A DNA stretch of 64,000 nt from Erythrobacter sp. (GTDB lineage: Bacteria > Pseudomonadota > Alphaproteobacteria > Sphingomonadales > Sphingomonadaceae). Both the position numbers and the translations under genes were made by a program. The notes beneath the pieces were generated by a model. That model saw only the letters and a program-made list of their open reading frames with translations, did no database searches and was not told the DNA's origin. Of the stretch, positions 18,041 through 27,535 are shown piece after piece. The stretch lies in the NCBI RefSeq assembly GCF_030066995.1, contig NZ_JASJAP010000001.1, forward strand, positions 539,230 through 603,229, given 5' to 3'. Every line of letters begins with the position of its first letter. Position 1 is the first letter of the stretch.

Positions 18041-19360
18041 ATGCCTATGGCCGATCCGGCCGATCCGAAACCCGCTGGAGACAACCGTCCAGCCCTGGCG
18101 TTGCACGTGCCCGAGCCCAAGTTCCGGCCCGGCGACACGGCCGATTTTTCAGATATTGATATCGGTCAGGCGGGGGCGCAGCCGCGCCCGGACGAGGCAA
18201 CCAAGCCCGAAGACATGAAAGACCTCGCCTATGGCCTCGTGCGCGTGCTGGGAGAGGACAACAAGGCGCACGGGCCCTGGGATCCCAAGCTTGATCCCGA
18301 CACCTTGCGCACCATGCTTGGCCATATGGCCATGGTCCGCGCCTTCGATGAACGCATGTTTCGCGGTCAGCGCCAGGGCAAGACCAGCTTCTACATGAAG
18401 TGCACCGGTGAAGAGGCCACCAGCGTCGCGGCGTCCATGGCGCTCGCCAGCGACGACATGGTCTTTCCCAGCTATCGCCAGCAAGGCATTCTCATTGCGC
18501 GCGGCTACCCGATGATCGAGATGATCAACCAGATCTACTCGAACAAGGGCGACAAGCTGAAAGGCCGCCAGTTGCCGATCATGTATTCAAGCCGCGAGCA
18601 CAGCTTCTTCACGATCTCGGGCAACCTTGCCACGCAAACCCCGCAAGCGGTGGGCTGGGCGATGGCGAGCGCGATCAAGGGCGACAGCCGGATCGCGGCC
18701 ACCTGGGTCGGCGAGGGCTCGACCGCGGAAGGCGACTTCCACTCCGCTTGCACGTTTGCGGCGGTCTACAACGCCCCGGTCATTCTCAACGTGATCAACA
18801 ACCAATGGGCGATTTCAAGCTTTTCGGGCTTCGCCGGCGCGGAACGCACGACCTTTGCCGCGCGCGCACTCGGCTATGGCCTGGCCGGCCTCCGCGTGGA
18901 CGGGAACGACGCGCTCGCCTGCTACGCGGCGCAAGCCTGGGCGGCCAATCGCGCCCGCGCCAACGCCGGACCGACTCTGATCGAATTCTTCACCTACCGC
19001 GCCGAAGGGCACTCCACCTCGGACGACCCAAGCGGCTACCGCAGCGCGCAGGAACGCGAGGAATGGCCGCTGGGCGATCCGGTGAAACGCTTGAAGGACC
19101 ATCTCATCGCGATCGGCGAGTGGGACGAGGACCGCCAGGCCGCGATGGACAAGGAATGCGCCGAGTATGTGAAGGCCACCACCAAGGAGGCTGAGAAGAA
19201 CGGCATTCTGGGCCATGGCCTGCATCATCCCTTCCACACCATGTTCGAAGACGTGTTCGAAGAGCTGCCATGGCATCTTGAAGAGCAGGCCGAACAGGCC
19301 ACGCGAGAGCGCAAGATCAAGTGGCCGGACAGACACCCGAAGGACTTTGCGGGACAATGA
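18041..19360 (+). CDS. bkdA1: branched-chain alpha-keto acid dehydrogenase E1 alpha subunit (TPP-dependent)
   Basis: Long E1alpha with TPP-binding region GEGSTAEGDFH...YNAP. Its ATGA stop/start overlaps E1beta. Confidence 0.8.
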   Translation: MPMADPADPKPAGDNRPALALHVPEPKFRPGDTADFSDIDIGQAGAQPRPDEATKPEDMKDLAYGLVRVLGEDNKAHGPWDPKLDPDTLRTMLGHMAMVRAFDERMFRGQRQGKTSFYMKCTGEEATSVAASMALASDDMVFPSYRQQGILIARGYPMIEMINQIYSNKGDKLKGRQLPIMYSSREHSFFTISGNLATQTPQAVGWAMASAIKGDSRIAATWVGEGSTAEGDFHSACTFAAVYNAPVILNVINNQWAISSFSGFAGAERTTFAARALGYGLAGLRVDGNDALACYAAQAWAANRARANAGPTLIEFFTYRAEGHSTSDDPSGYRSAQEREEWPLGDPVKRLKDHLIAIGEWDEDRQAAMDKECAEYVKATTKEAEKNGILGHGLHHPFHTMFEDVFEELPWHLEEQAEQATRERKIKWPDRHPKDFAGQ

Positions 19361-20421
19361 GCGCGCAGACAGACATAGCCTCACCGCAGGGCGAGAGCCA
19401 CGCAGAGGAGCGGCGCCTCAACATGATCGAGGCGATCAACGAGGCCCTTGATGTCATGTTGGAGCGTGACGAGGACGTCATCGTCATGGGTGAGGATGTC
19501 GGCTATTTCGGCGGCGTTTTCCGTTGCACGGCGGGCCTCCAGGAAAAGCACGGCAAGACCCGCGTGTTTGATACCCCGATCAGCGAATGCGGCATTATCG
19601 GCGTTGCGGTGGGGATGGGCGCTTACGGGCTGCGCCCGGTGCCCGAAATCCAGTTTGCCGACTATATCTATCCGGGGCTCGACCAGCTGATTTCCGAGGC
19701 CGCGCGCCTGCGCTATCGCTCGGCCACCGAGTATATTGCGCCGCTCACGGTCCGCTCGCCTTTTGGCGGCGGGATTTTCGGTGGGCAGACGCACTCGCAG
19801 AGCCCGGAAAGCCTCTTCACGCATGTCTCGGGGCTCAAGACGGTGATCCCGGCGACGCCTTATGATGCCAAGGGGCTGCTTATCAGCTGCATCGAAGACA
19901 ACGACCCGGTCATCTTCTTTGAGCCCAAGCGGATCTATAACGGCCCGTTTTCGGGCTTTTATGACAAGCCGGTCGAGCCGTGGAAGAAGCACAAGGACAG
20001 CGCGGTGCCCGAGGGGTATTACACTATCCCGCTGGGCAAGGCGCGCCATGTGACCGAGGGTGAGCAGGTGACGATGTTGGCGTATGGCACCATGGTTCAC
20101 GTTGCCGAGGCGGTTTGCCGCGACAAGGGCGTGGAGGCCGATATTCTCGATCTGCGCACGCTGGTCCCGCTCGACATCGAGGCGATCGAAGCTTCGGTCA
20201 AGAAGACCGGTAGGTGCCTGATCGTTCACGAAGCCACGCGCACCAGCGGCTTTGGTGCGGAGCTTTCCGCGTTGGTGACCGAACGGTGCTTTTACCACCT
20301 CGAAGCCCCGGTCGAACGTGTCACTGGCTTCGACACCCCGTATCCGCACAGCCTTGAGTGGGCCTATTTCCCCGGCCCTGTCCGCATCGGCGAGGCGCTG
20401 GACAAGATTCTTCAGGACTGA
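19356..20421 (+). CDS. bkdA2: branched-chain alpha-keto acid dehydrogenase E1 beta subunit
   Basis: Motifs GEDVGYFGGVFRCT and transketolase-C-like C-terminus. ATG at 19356 overlaps the E1alpha stop. Confidence 0.85.
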
Positions 20422-20589
20422 AGCGCAAGCCTCTTTCCTACTCACCGCGGCGACTGACACAGTGATATTTGATGCAATGTCAAACGCAGTGGCCGAGCAA
20501 ACAAGAGGGACAAGAAGGTTGTGCACGCGCGGTGTAACCTTCGCATTTTCTATGGAATTGTGCGTGAAATGAGTGGCTTATAGGGTGAA

Positions 20590-20627
20590 TTTAAAAGTGA
20601 CAGGGTGTAACCTTTGTCACCTTTAAA
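20590..20627. promoter_or_regulatory. AT-rich imperfect palindrome tttaaaAGTGACAgggtgtaaccttTGTCACCTttaaa
   Basis: Inverted repeats GTGACA/TGTCAC are flanked by TTTAAA on both sides. The element lies within the unusual 260-bp gap between the E1beta and E2 genes. Confidence 0.35.
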
Positions 20628-20681
20628 CCCACCTTGATTGTGAAGATCGGGCTCATCACGCATCAAAGGATGTCAGACGGT

Positions 20682-22019
20682 ATGGCAAAATTCACTTTCA
20701 ACATGCCCGATGTGGGCGAAGGCGTGGCCGAGGCGGAGATCGTCGAATGGCACGTGAAGGTCGGCGACACGGTCGAAGAGGACCAGCATCTGGTCGATGT
20801 CATGACCGACAAGGCGACGATCGATATTGAGAGCCCGGTAGCGGGCACGGTGCGCGAGGTGGCGGGCGAGTTGGGTGACACGATTGCCGTGGGCGCAATG
20901 CTGCTGGTGATCGAGGTCGAAGGCGAAGTCGATGCCGAGGTTGAGCAGGACGACGCTGCACCGACCGAGGAAACCGAGACTGAACCGGCGGCAGAGCCAG
21001 CGATTGAGACCGATCCTGCACCAATCGCTGAGGCCGAGAAGCCCCTTGGCTCAGGGCAAGGGGTCGTGCAAGGCGTTGGGGAAGGGGCCTCGGCGCCCGC
21101 ACCCGTGCAAACCCACCCTCCGGCCCCCTCTCGAGCGGAAGGGGGAGAGAAAGTCCTCGCGAGCCCCGCCGTGCGCAAGCGCGCGAAGGACCTGGGCGTT
21201 GATCTTTCGCAGGTGAAACCGGCCGAGGATGGCCGGGTGCGCCACGGCGATCTCGATCAATTCCTTGCTTACAATTCCGCCGGTGGCTTCAGCCCCGCTG
21301 GCACCGCCCGCGCCGATGAAACGATAAAGGTCATCGGCCTTCGCAAGCGCATTGCGCAGAACATGAGCGCGTCAAAGCGCCATATTCCGCACTTCACCTA
21401 TGTCGAGGAATGCGACGTCACCGAGCTGGAACGCATGCGCGCAGACCTTAACGCCAATCGCGGCCAGAAGCCCAAGCTTACCATGTTGCCGCTGCTGATC
21501 ACCGCGATCTGCAAGAAGCTGCCCGAGTTTCCGATGATCAACGCGCGCTACGACGATGAAGCGCAGGTCATCACCCGGTTTGGCTCGGTGCATCTGGGCA
21601 TGGCGACGCAGACGGATAACGGCCTGATCGTGCCTGTCATCCGCGATGCGCAAAGCCGCAATCTGTGGCAGCTCGCCAGCGAGATCGGACGCCTGGCTTC
21701 GGCGGCGCGCGATGGGTCGGCCAAGTCGGACGAGCTGTCGGGCTCCACGCTGACGGTAACCTCGTTGGGGCCGCTGGGCGGCGTGGCAACGACCCCGGTG
21801 ATCAACCGTCCCGAGGTCGCGATCATTGGCCCGAACCGCATCGTCGAGCGTCCCATGTTCGTCACCGGCGCTGACGGCACAGAGCGCGTCGAGAAGCGCA
21901 AGCTGATGAACATATCGATTTCTTGCGACCACCGCGTGGTGGATGGCTACGACGCGGCGAGCTTTGTTCAGGAACTCAAGAAGCTGATCGAAACACCGGT
22001 CTTGCTGCTTTCGGAATAG
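20682..22019 (+). CDS. bkdB: dihydrolipoamide acyltransferase (E2) of 2-oxoacid dehydrogenase complex
   Basis: Lipoyl domain (DVMTDKATIDIESP), an Ala/Pro/Glu-rich linker, and catalytic domain DHRVVDG. The start is at MAKFTF. Confidence 0.85.
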   Translation: MAKFTFNMPDVGEGVAEAEIVEWHVKVGDTVEEDQHLVDVMTDKATIDIESPVAGTVREVAGELGDTIAVGAMLLVIEVEGEVDAEVEQDDAAPTEETETEPAAEPAIETDPAPIAEAEKPLGSGQGVVQGVGEGASAPAPVQTHPPAPSRAEGGEKVLASPAVRKRAKDLGVDLSQVKPAEDGRVRHGDLDQFLAYNSAGGFSPAGTARADETIKVIGLRKRIAQNMSASKRHIPHFTYVEECDVTELERMRADLNANRGQKPKLTMLPLLITAICKKLPEFPMINARYDDEAQVITRFGSVHLGMATQTDNGLIVPVIRDAQSRNLWQLASEIGRLASAARDGSAKSDELSGSTLTVTSLGPLGGVATTPVINRPEVAIIGPNRIVERPMFVTGADGTERVEKRKLMNISISCDHRVVDGYDAASFVQELKKLIETPVLLLSE

Positions 22020-22120
22020 GGCGGGAAATAAAGTTTGCAACAGGGCCGCGCGGGCGTTGACAGCCTTGGCGGACTGCCTTAGTGGCCCGGCTTCCCAAGA
22101 GGCGCTGACCGCCACATTGC

Positions 22121-22197
22121 GCGGGTGTAGCTCAGTTGGTTAGAGTATCGGCCTGTCACGCCGAGGGTCGCGGGTTCGAGTCCCGTCACTCGCGCCA
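22121..22197 (+). tRNA. tRNA-Asp (anticodon GUC)
   Basis: Cloverleaf GCGGGUG...UAGCUCAGUUGGUUAGAGU with anticodon loop CUGUCAC and T-arm GCGGGUUCGAGUCCCGU. The CCA is encoded. Confidence 0.9.
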
Positions 22198-22252
22198 CTT
22201 GGGATATTTCCTACATGGCCGAAAGATCGTAAGGGCGGATCGGACGCCTGGC

Positions 22253-22504
22253 TCACGCTTGGGTTGTGTCCTCTCGCTTATCGGGATGCGACCAGCTGCC
22301 GGTTTCCATCCAGATAAGAAAACGCCCCAAGGGCAGCAGCCAGATTACGCCAAGGATAATGTAGATCACGGTTTGTACCCAGCCGGGCAGTGTGGCGAGA
22401 TAATCCGCCAGATAAACGGCGATCAGAACGCCATAGGCCATAAGCGCCACGAACAGCCCGATAATACCGATCGGGATTCGCCAGGTAGGAGTTTCACGCA
22501 TCAC
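22253..22504 (-). CDS. DUF2842-like small membrane protein
   Basis: 83 aa with two TM helices. It overlaps the 5-FCL gene by 4 nt (ATGA). Confidence 0.55.
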   Translation of the reverse strand: MMRETPTWRIPIGIIGLFVALMAYGVLIAVYLADYLATLPGWVQTVIYIILGVIWLLPLGRFLIWMETGSWSHPDKREDTTQA

Positions 22505-23088
22505 AGGTTTCCGTAGATCCGGGTTGGAGTGATCACCGCGTCGAGTGCGATATCGTGCGGCTCGGTTGGCAGGGCGTCCTCGGGCTCAATCAGTTGGACG
22601 TCCCACGCCAGACCAATGGCCCGCGCCTCGCGATGTTCCGCAAGCCAGCGATCATAGTGCCCGCCGCCCTGGCCCAGCCGCTTTCCGGAGGCGGTGAAGC
22701 CCACCAGGGGGACGAAAAGAACATCGGGGACGATATCGTACCGGTCGTCCGTTGGTTGCATGGTTCCAAACGGACCGTATTCAAGGTCACTCTCAGCGTG
22801 AGGATCAGAGAATGTGCGGAAGGTCATATGTCCGTCACGCGAGGCAAAGAACGGAAGTGCGATAGGGTGTCCATGCTCATGGAAGAAGCGCGCATAGCCC
22901 GCCGCCGGAGCCTCGCCCGAGGTGGCGTGATAGACCCCGATCACCGCATCGCTCTTCACAGCCTTCAGAAGCGGGCGCGGAGGCGTGTGAAACAGCAGAC
23001 CGCGAACCTCATCCGGCAGCGCAGCCACATGCGCTTGGCGTGCCGCGCGCAATTCCTTGCGCAGAAACGCTTTGGTCTTGATTGTCAT
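22501..23088 (-). CDS. 5-formyltetrahydrofolate cyclo-ligase
   Basis: The VGFTASGKRLGQGGGHYDR motif is typical of MTHFS/YgfA. The start is taken at MTIKTKAF. Confidence 0.8.
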   Translation of the reverse strand: MTIKTKAFLRKELRAARQAHVAALPDEVRGLLFHTPPRPLLKAVKSDAVIGVYHATSGEAPAAGYARFFHEHGHPIALPFFASRDGHMTFRTFSDPHAESDLEYGPFGTMQPTDDRYDIVPDVLFVPLVGFTASGKRLGQGGGHYDRWLAEHREARAIGLAWDVQLIEPEDALPTEPHDIALDAVITPTRIYGNL

Positions 23089-23194
23089 GAGTTCGAGCAT
23101 TTCCTGCAACGCGATCGGCCCCAGAAGGGGCCGCAAGGGGCGACCGCCCGCCCGCAGCGTGCCCGCAGCGAAGCGGAGGACGTCGAGCGAGGAC

Positions 23195-23380
23195 AAAAAG
23201 TTGACGGGACCGCCATGGGTCGTTGCCAGTGAAATCCTCTGACGCCTAAACGTCAGGTGGGCGCCATGTATCCAAGCTCCACAGCCGAACTGGTGAGCCC
23301 GGACAGGGACAGCTCCCTTGGATTGCTTATAGCCTCAGGGATATTCGATCGGCTCGTGCCGGGCAGCCCCGCCGAGGCCC
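23195..23380 (-). ncRNA. ssrS: candidate 6S RNA (SsrS), with approximate boundaries
   Basis: This inference rests on the conserved zapA-ssrS-ygfA synteny. It is a roughly 190-nt ORF-free interval on the same strand between zapA and the cyclo-ligase, containing the internal hairpin CUGACG-UUUAGG-CGUCAG. It was not verified by a covariance model. Confidence 0.35.
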
Positions 23381-23383
23381 TAG

Positions 23384-23944
23384 CTAGGAGGACTCGCTCG
23401 TCTCTTCAAGCTCGGCGCTTTGCGCAGCCTTCTCGATGGCGACCGCGGCCTGTTCGGCCCGTCCGGCCAGCGCTTCGAGCGTTGTCGCGACGGCCTCTTC
23501 ATCGAGCGGTGCGCCAAACAGGTCGTGTTGGTGCTCATTGGCCTCGCGAAGCGCCACGATCTCGGCCTTGAGCGTCCTGATCTCTTCACGCGCGCGCTCC
23601 TCTGCCTTGCGCAAGGTGTCGATCTCGGCGCGCAGTTCGGCCTTCTTGCCGCCGCTGCGTGATTTCTCCTGCTCGACCTGGGAATGAGTAGCCTGAAGGC
23701 GCGCTTCGGCTTCCCCTAGCGCGCGCTGGGCTTTTTCCGCGCGCTTGCTCGTCTCGCTCAGGTCATCGGCGAGAAAGAGCGCGGTGAAGAGCAGGTTCTC
23801 GGCCTCCTGAGGCGCGCGCTCATTACCCAACAGCGCGTATTTCTCGGCCACGAGTGCGCCCAGTTTGGCGATCCGGTCCTGCTCTCCTTCGCCGCATCGG
23901 ATCTGATAGGTTCGCGGTCCGATCTTGATCGCTACGTCCGGCAC
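23384..23944 (-). CDS. zapA: cell division protein ZapA (long alphaproteobacterial form with coiled-coil tail)
   Basis: N-terminus MPDVAIKIGPRTYQIRCGEGEQDRIAKLGALVAEKY, followed by a charged coiled-coil region. Confidence 0.75.
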   Translation of the reverse strand: MPDVAIKIGPRTYQIRCGEGEQDRIAKLGALVAEKYALLGNERAPQEAENLLFTALFLADDLSETSKRAEKAQRALGEAEARLQATHSQVEQEKSRSGGKKAELRAEIDTLRKAEERAREEIRTLKAEIVALREANEHQHDLFGAPLDEEAVATTLEALAGRAEQAAVAIEKAAQSAELEETSESS

Positions 23945-23952
23945 ACCCAGCC

Positions 23953-24180
23953 TCAGTTTTCCAGGTCTTCAATGAGGACATCGAGTTCGCGCATGGTTTC
24001 GGCAACCTCTTCGCGCAGCTTCTCATGCCGGTTGACCAATTCCATGACCCGCGCGGACCCGCTTGCGTCCTTGTCACCCTCGGCCACCGAGAAATTCGCG
24101 GCATGGCTGCGCGCGGTGTCCATGCGCGCCAACGCCGCGTCTATTCGCTTCATGGCCTTTTCTATCCGGCTCTCGCCCAT
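23953..24180 (-). CDS. DUF4164-like small coiled-coil protein (commonly upstream of zapA)
   Basis: 75 aa with a charged helical composition. It is co-oriented and adjacent to zapA. Confidence 0.55.
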   Translation of the reverse strand: MGESRIEKAMKRIDAALARMDTARSHAANFSVAEGDKDASGSARVMELVNRHEKLREEVAETMRELDVLIEDLEN

Positions 24181-24396
24181 AGAGCGTTCGTATCAAAATA
24201 GGTCAGGCTCGGCAAAGCGTTGGACCGCGCTGTTGATAAGTGATGTGCACCCCTCGTTCTTCATGCGGTGTTGACCTCGTCCGAACCCTCGGCAATGGCG
24301 AGCGCCAGAAAAGCTTTGGGATCGAATCGTTTCCGTGCCCTGCGCTTGAACGGGCTGGTCTAGTGCGGAAGCCGGGGCCGCAGTTCACCGCGCGCG

Positions 24397-26409
24397 GTGG
24401 CCGAAATGCTGGAGGCATCACTTACAGCCATGACGTATGACGCCGCACGCCTCGCACCGATGGCCAACGCCATTCGCGCGCTCTCCATGGATGCTGTGCA
24501 GGCGGCGAATTCGGGTCATCCGGGCATGCCCATGGGGATGGCGGATGTGGCCGCGGCGTTGTTCGCGAACCACCTGAAATTCGATCCCTCGCGCCCCGAT
24601 TGGGCGGACCGCGACCGATTTGTCCTTTCCGCAGGGCACGGCTCGATGCTGATCTATTCGCTGCTCCATCTGACCGGGTACCAGCGTCCCACCATGGAAG
24701 ACATTCGCAACTTCCGACAGCTCGGCAGTCCGTGCGCCGGTCATCCGGAGAACTTCCTTCTCGAAGGGGTTGAATGCACCACCGGTCCTTTGGGACAAGG
24801 CCTTGCGATGGCGGTTGGCATGGCGATGGCAGAGCGGCACCTGAACGCGGTGTTCGGCGATGATCTGGTCGATCACCGCACGTGGGTGGTCGCCGGCGAT
24901 GGCTGCCTGATGGAGGGCATCAATCACGAAGCGATCGGACTTGCCGGACACTTGCATCTGGGCGGTCTCAACGTGCTGTGGGACGATAACCGCATCACCA
25001 TTGACGGCTCGACCGATCTATCGACCAGCGAGGACATCAAGGCCCGCTACGAAGCGACCGGCTGGCATGTGTGCGAATGCGCCGGGCACGACTTTGACGA
25101 CATTGAGCGGGCGCTCGAAGAAGCGAAAAACACCGCAAGGCCATCGCTGATTGCGTGTCGAACGGTGATCGGGAAGGGCGCACCGACCAAGCAGGGCACG
25201 AGCGCGACCCACGGCGCTCCCCTTGGTCCGGATGAAATCGTCGGTGCGCGCGAAGCTTTGGGTTGGCACGCCGACCCATTCGAAATCCCTGCGGCCATTC
25301 TGTCTGACTGGCGCGATATTGCCGCGCGCGGTCAGGAAGCCTCGGGAGCCTGGGCCGCCCGTCTCGACGCCTCGCCGCACCGGGCCGAGTTTCAGCGTCG
25401 CATGGCGGGCGACTTGCCGCAAACCGACGCGCTGAACGAACATATCGCTGAGCTCATCCAGAACCCGCAAAATGTCGCTTCGCGCAAAGCGAGCGAGATT
25501 GCGCTCGCCGCGATCAATCCGGCCATTCCCGAGACAATCGGCGGCAGCGCGGACCTCACCGGTTCGAACAACACCAAGGCAGGGGAAATCGGCGCGTTCA
25601 CGGCCGACGATTACGCCGGGCGCTATGTCTATTACGGCATCCGCGAGTTCGGCATGTCGGCGGCGATGAATGGTCTGGCTCTGCACGGGGGTGTTATCCC
25701 TTATGGCGGCACGTTCCTCGTCTTCACCGACTACGCGCGTGGAGCGATCCGGCTGTCGGCCCTCCAGGAAACGCGTGTAATCTACGTGATGACGCACGAT
25801 TCCATCGGGCTTGGCGAGGATGGCCCGACGCACCAGCCGATTGAGCATCTGGCGAGCTTGCGCGCGATGCCAAACATTCTTGTTATGCGCCCCGGCGACG
25901 CGGTCGAGACCGCCGAGTGCTGGCAGATCGCACTTGAGCAAAAAGACCGCCCGACCATTCTTGCCCTGTCGCGCCAGAATCTGCCGCAATACCGGTTGGA
26001 AGCGGCGCCGGGGAATCTGAGCGCGCGCGGCGGATACCGCGTCAAGTCTGCAGACGCGGCGCGCAAAGTCGCGATCCTCGCAACAGGTTCGGAAGTCGGC
26101 CTCGCGCTTGAGAGCGCCAAGGCCCTCGAGGACCAGGGCATCGGGACCGACGTCGTGTCGATGGTCTGCACCGAACTCTTTGACGAGCAAGATGAGGCCT
26201 ACCGGGCCGACATCCTGGCCGATAATGCGTTGTTGGTCAGCCTCGAGGCGGGAAGCACCTTTGGCTGGCAACGCTACACCGGGCCAAATGGTCTAAACAT
26301 CGGTATTGACCGCTTTGGTGCATCAGCGCCGGGCAAGGATCTCTTTTCCCATTTCGGCTTCACGCCTGAGGCCATCGTCTCACAAATTCAGAACAAATTG
26401 AACGCGTAA
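24397..26409 (+). CDS. tkt: transketolase
   Basis: Motifs NSGHPGMPMGMAD and GDGCLMEGI, with TPP-binding and pyrimidine-binding domains. An alternative start is M at 24430. Confidence 0.9.
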   Translation: MAEMLEASLTAMTYDAARLAPMANAIRALSMDAVQAANSGHPGMPMGMADVAAALFANHLKFDPSRPDWADRDRFVLSAGHGSMLIYSLLHLTGYQRPTMEDIRNFRQLGSPCAGHPENFLLEGVECTTGPLGQGLAMAVGMAMAERHLNAVFGDDLVDHRTWVVAGDGCLMEGINHEAIGLAGHLHLGGLNVLWDDNRITIDGSTDLSTSEDIKARYEATGWHVCECAGHDFDDIERALEEAKNTARPSLIACRTVIGKGAPTKQGTSATHGAPLGPDEIVGAREALGWHADPFEIPAAILSDWRDIAARGQEASGAWAARLDASPHRAEFQRRMAGDLPQTDALNEHIAELIQNPQNVASRKASEIALAAINPAIPETIGGSADLTGSNNTKAGEIGAFTADDYAGRYVYYGIREFGMSAAMNGLALHGGVIPYGGTFLVFTDYARGAIRLSALQETRVIYVMTHDSIGLGEDGPTHQPIEHLASLRAMPNILVMRPGDAVETAECWQIALEQKDRPTILALSRQNLPQYRLEAAPGNLSARGGYRVKSADAARKVAILATGSEVGLALESAKALEDQGIGTDVVSMVCTELFDEQDEAYRADILADNALLVSLEAGSTFGWQRYTGPNGLNIGIDRFGASAPGKDLFSHFGFTPEAIVSQIQNKLNA

Positions 26410-26425
26410 GCAGGAGTTACTCATT

Positions 26426-27433
26426 ATGGCCACAAAGGTTGCCATTAACGGTTTCGGACGCATTGGACGCTTGGTAGCGCGCGCTATTCTGGAGCGCCGT
26501 GACCATGATCTGGACCTTGTTTCTATCAACGATCTGGCGGACACCAAGGCCAACGCGCTGCTGTTTCAGTACGATTCAACGCATGGTCGCTTCCCCGGCA
26601 CGGTGGAGGTTGCCGACGGCGCGATCGTGGTGAACGGCAAGAGCATTGCGGTGACCAGTGAGCGCGATCCGGGCAACCTGCCGCACGCTGCTCAAGGCGT
26701 CGACATCGTGCTCGAGTGCACCGGCTTTTTTCAGAGCCACGAAGCCGCTGAGCCGCATATCACGGCGGGCGCGAAACGTGTGCTGATCTCGGCCCCGGCG
26801 AAAAATGTCTCCGCTACCATCGTCTACGGAGTGAACCACGACACACTGACGGTAGACGACGTGATCGTTTCCAACGCCAGCTGCACGACCAACTGTCTGG
26901 CTCCGATTGCCAAGGTGCTGAACGACGCGGTGGGGATCGAGCGCGGCTTCATGACCACGATCCACTCCTACACCAACGATCAGCGCATGCTCGATCAGAT
27001 GCACTCGGACATGCGCCGGGCGCGGGGCGGGGCGCAGAACATGATCCCGACCACCACCGGCGCAGCGCGCGCTGTGGGTCTGGTGCTGCCGGAACTGGCG
27101 GGCAAGCTCGACGGCTCTTCGGTCCGCGTGCCGACCCCCAATGTCAGCCTTGTCGACCTGACCTTCCAGCCCGGGCGCGACACCACCGCAGAGGAACTCA
27201 ACGCCGCGCTGAGGGCCGCCGCCGAGGGCGCGATGAAGGGTGTTCTCGACTACACAACCGATCCGGTGGTGAGTACAGACTTCAACCACCACCCGGCGAG
27301 TTCGACGGTGGACAGCCTTGAGACCAGCGTCATGGAAGGCAAGCTTGCGCGTGTCGTCAGCTGGTATGACAACGAATGGGGCTTCTCGAACCGCATGATC
27401 GACACCGCCGGTGTTATGGCGAAGTTCCTATAA
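26426..27433 (+). CDS. gap: glyceraldehyde-3-phosphate dehydrogenase
   Basis: Motifs INGFGRIGR, and SCTTNCLAP with the active-site Cys. Confidence 0.9.
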   Translation: MATKVAINGFGRIGRLVARAILERRDHDLDLVSINDLADTKANALLFQYDSTHGRFPGTVEVADGAIVVNGKSIAVTSERDPGNLPHAAQGVDIVLECTGFFQSHEAAEPHITAGAKRVLISAPAKNVSATIVYGVNHDTLTVDDVIVSNASCTTNCLAPIAKVLNDAVGIERGFMTTIHSYTNDQRMLDQMHSDMRRARGGAQNMIPTTTGAARAVGLVLPELAGKLDGSSVRVPTPNVSLVDLTFQPGRDTTAEELNAALRAAAEGAMKGVLDYTTDPVVSTDFNHHPASSTVDSLETSVMEGKLARVVSWYDNEWGFSNRMIDTAGVMAKFL

Positions 27434-27460
27434 CTCTAGCCAGAGCCAATCTCGCTCGTC

Positions 27461-27535
27461 CTGAGCTTGTCGAAAGACCGTTTTTCCTTCAGGCGGAGCG
27501 CACACGGTAAGTACGACCCTTCGACAGGCTCAGGG
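27461..27535. repeat. 15-nt inverted repeat CCTGAGCTTGTCGAA ... TTCGACAGGCTCAGG (about 45-nt spacer) in the gap-pgk intergenic region
   Basis: 14 of 15 positions are complementary. It could form a long stem-loop between the gap stop and the pgk start. Confidence 0.4.
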
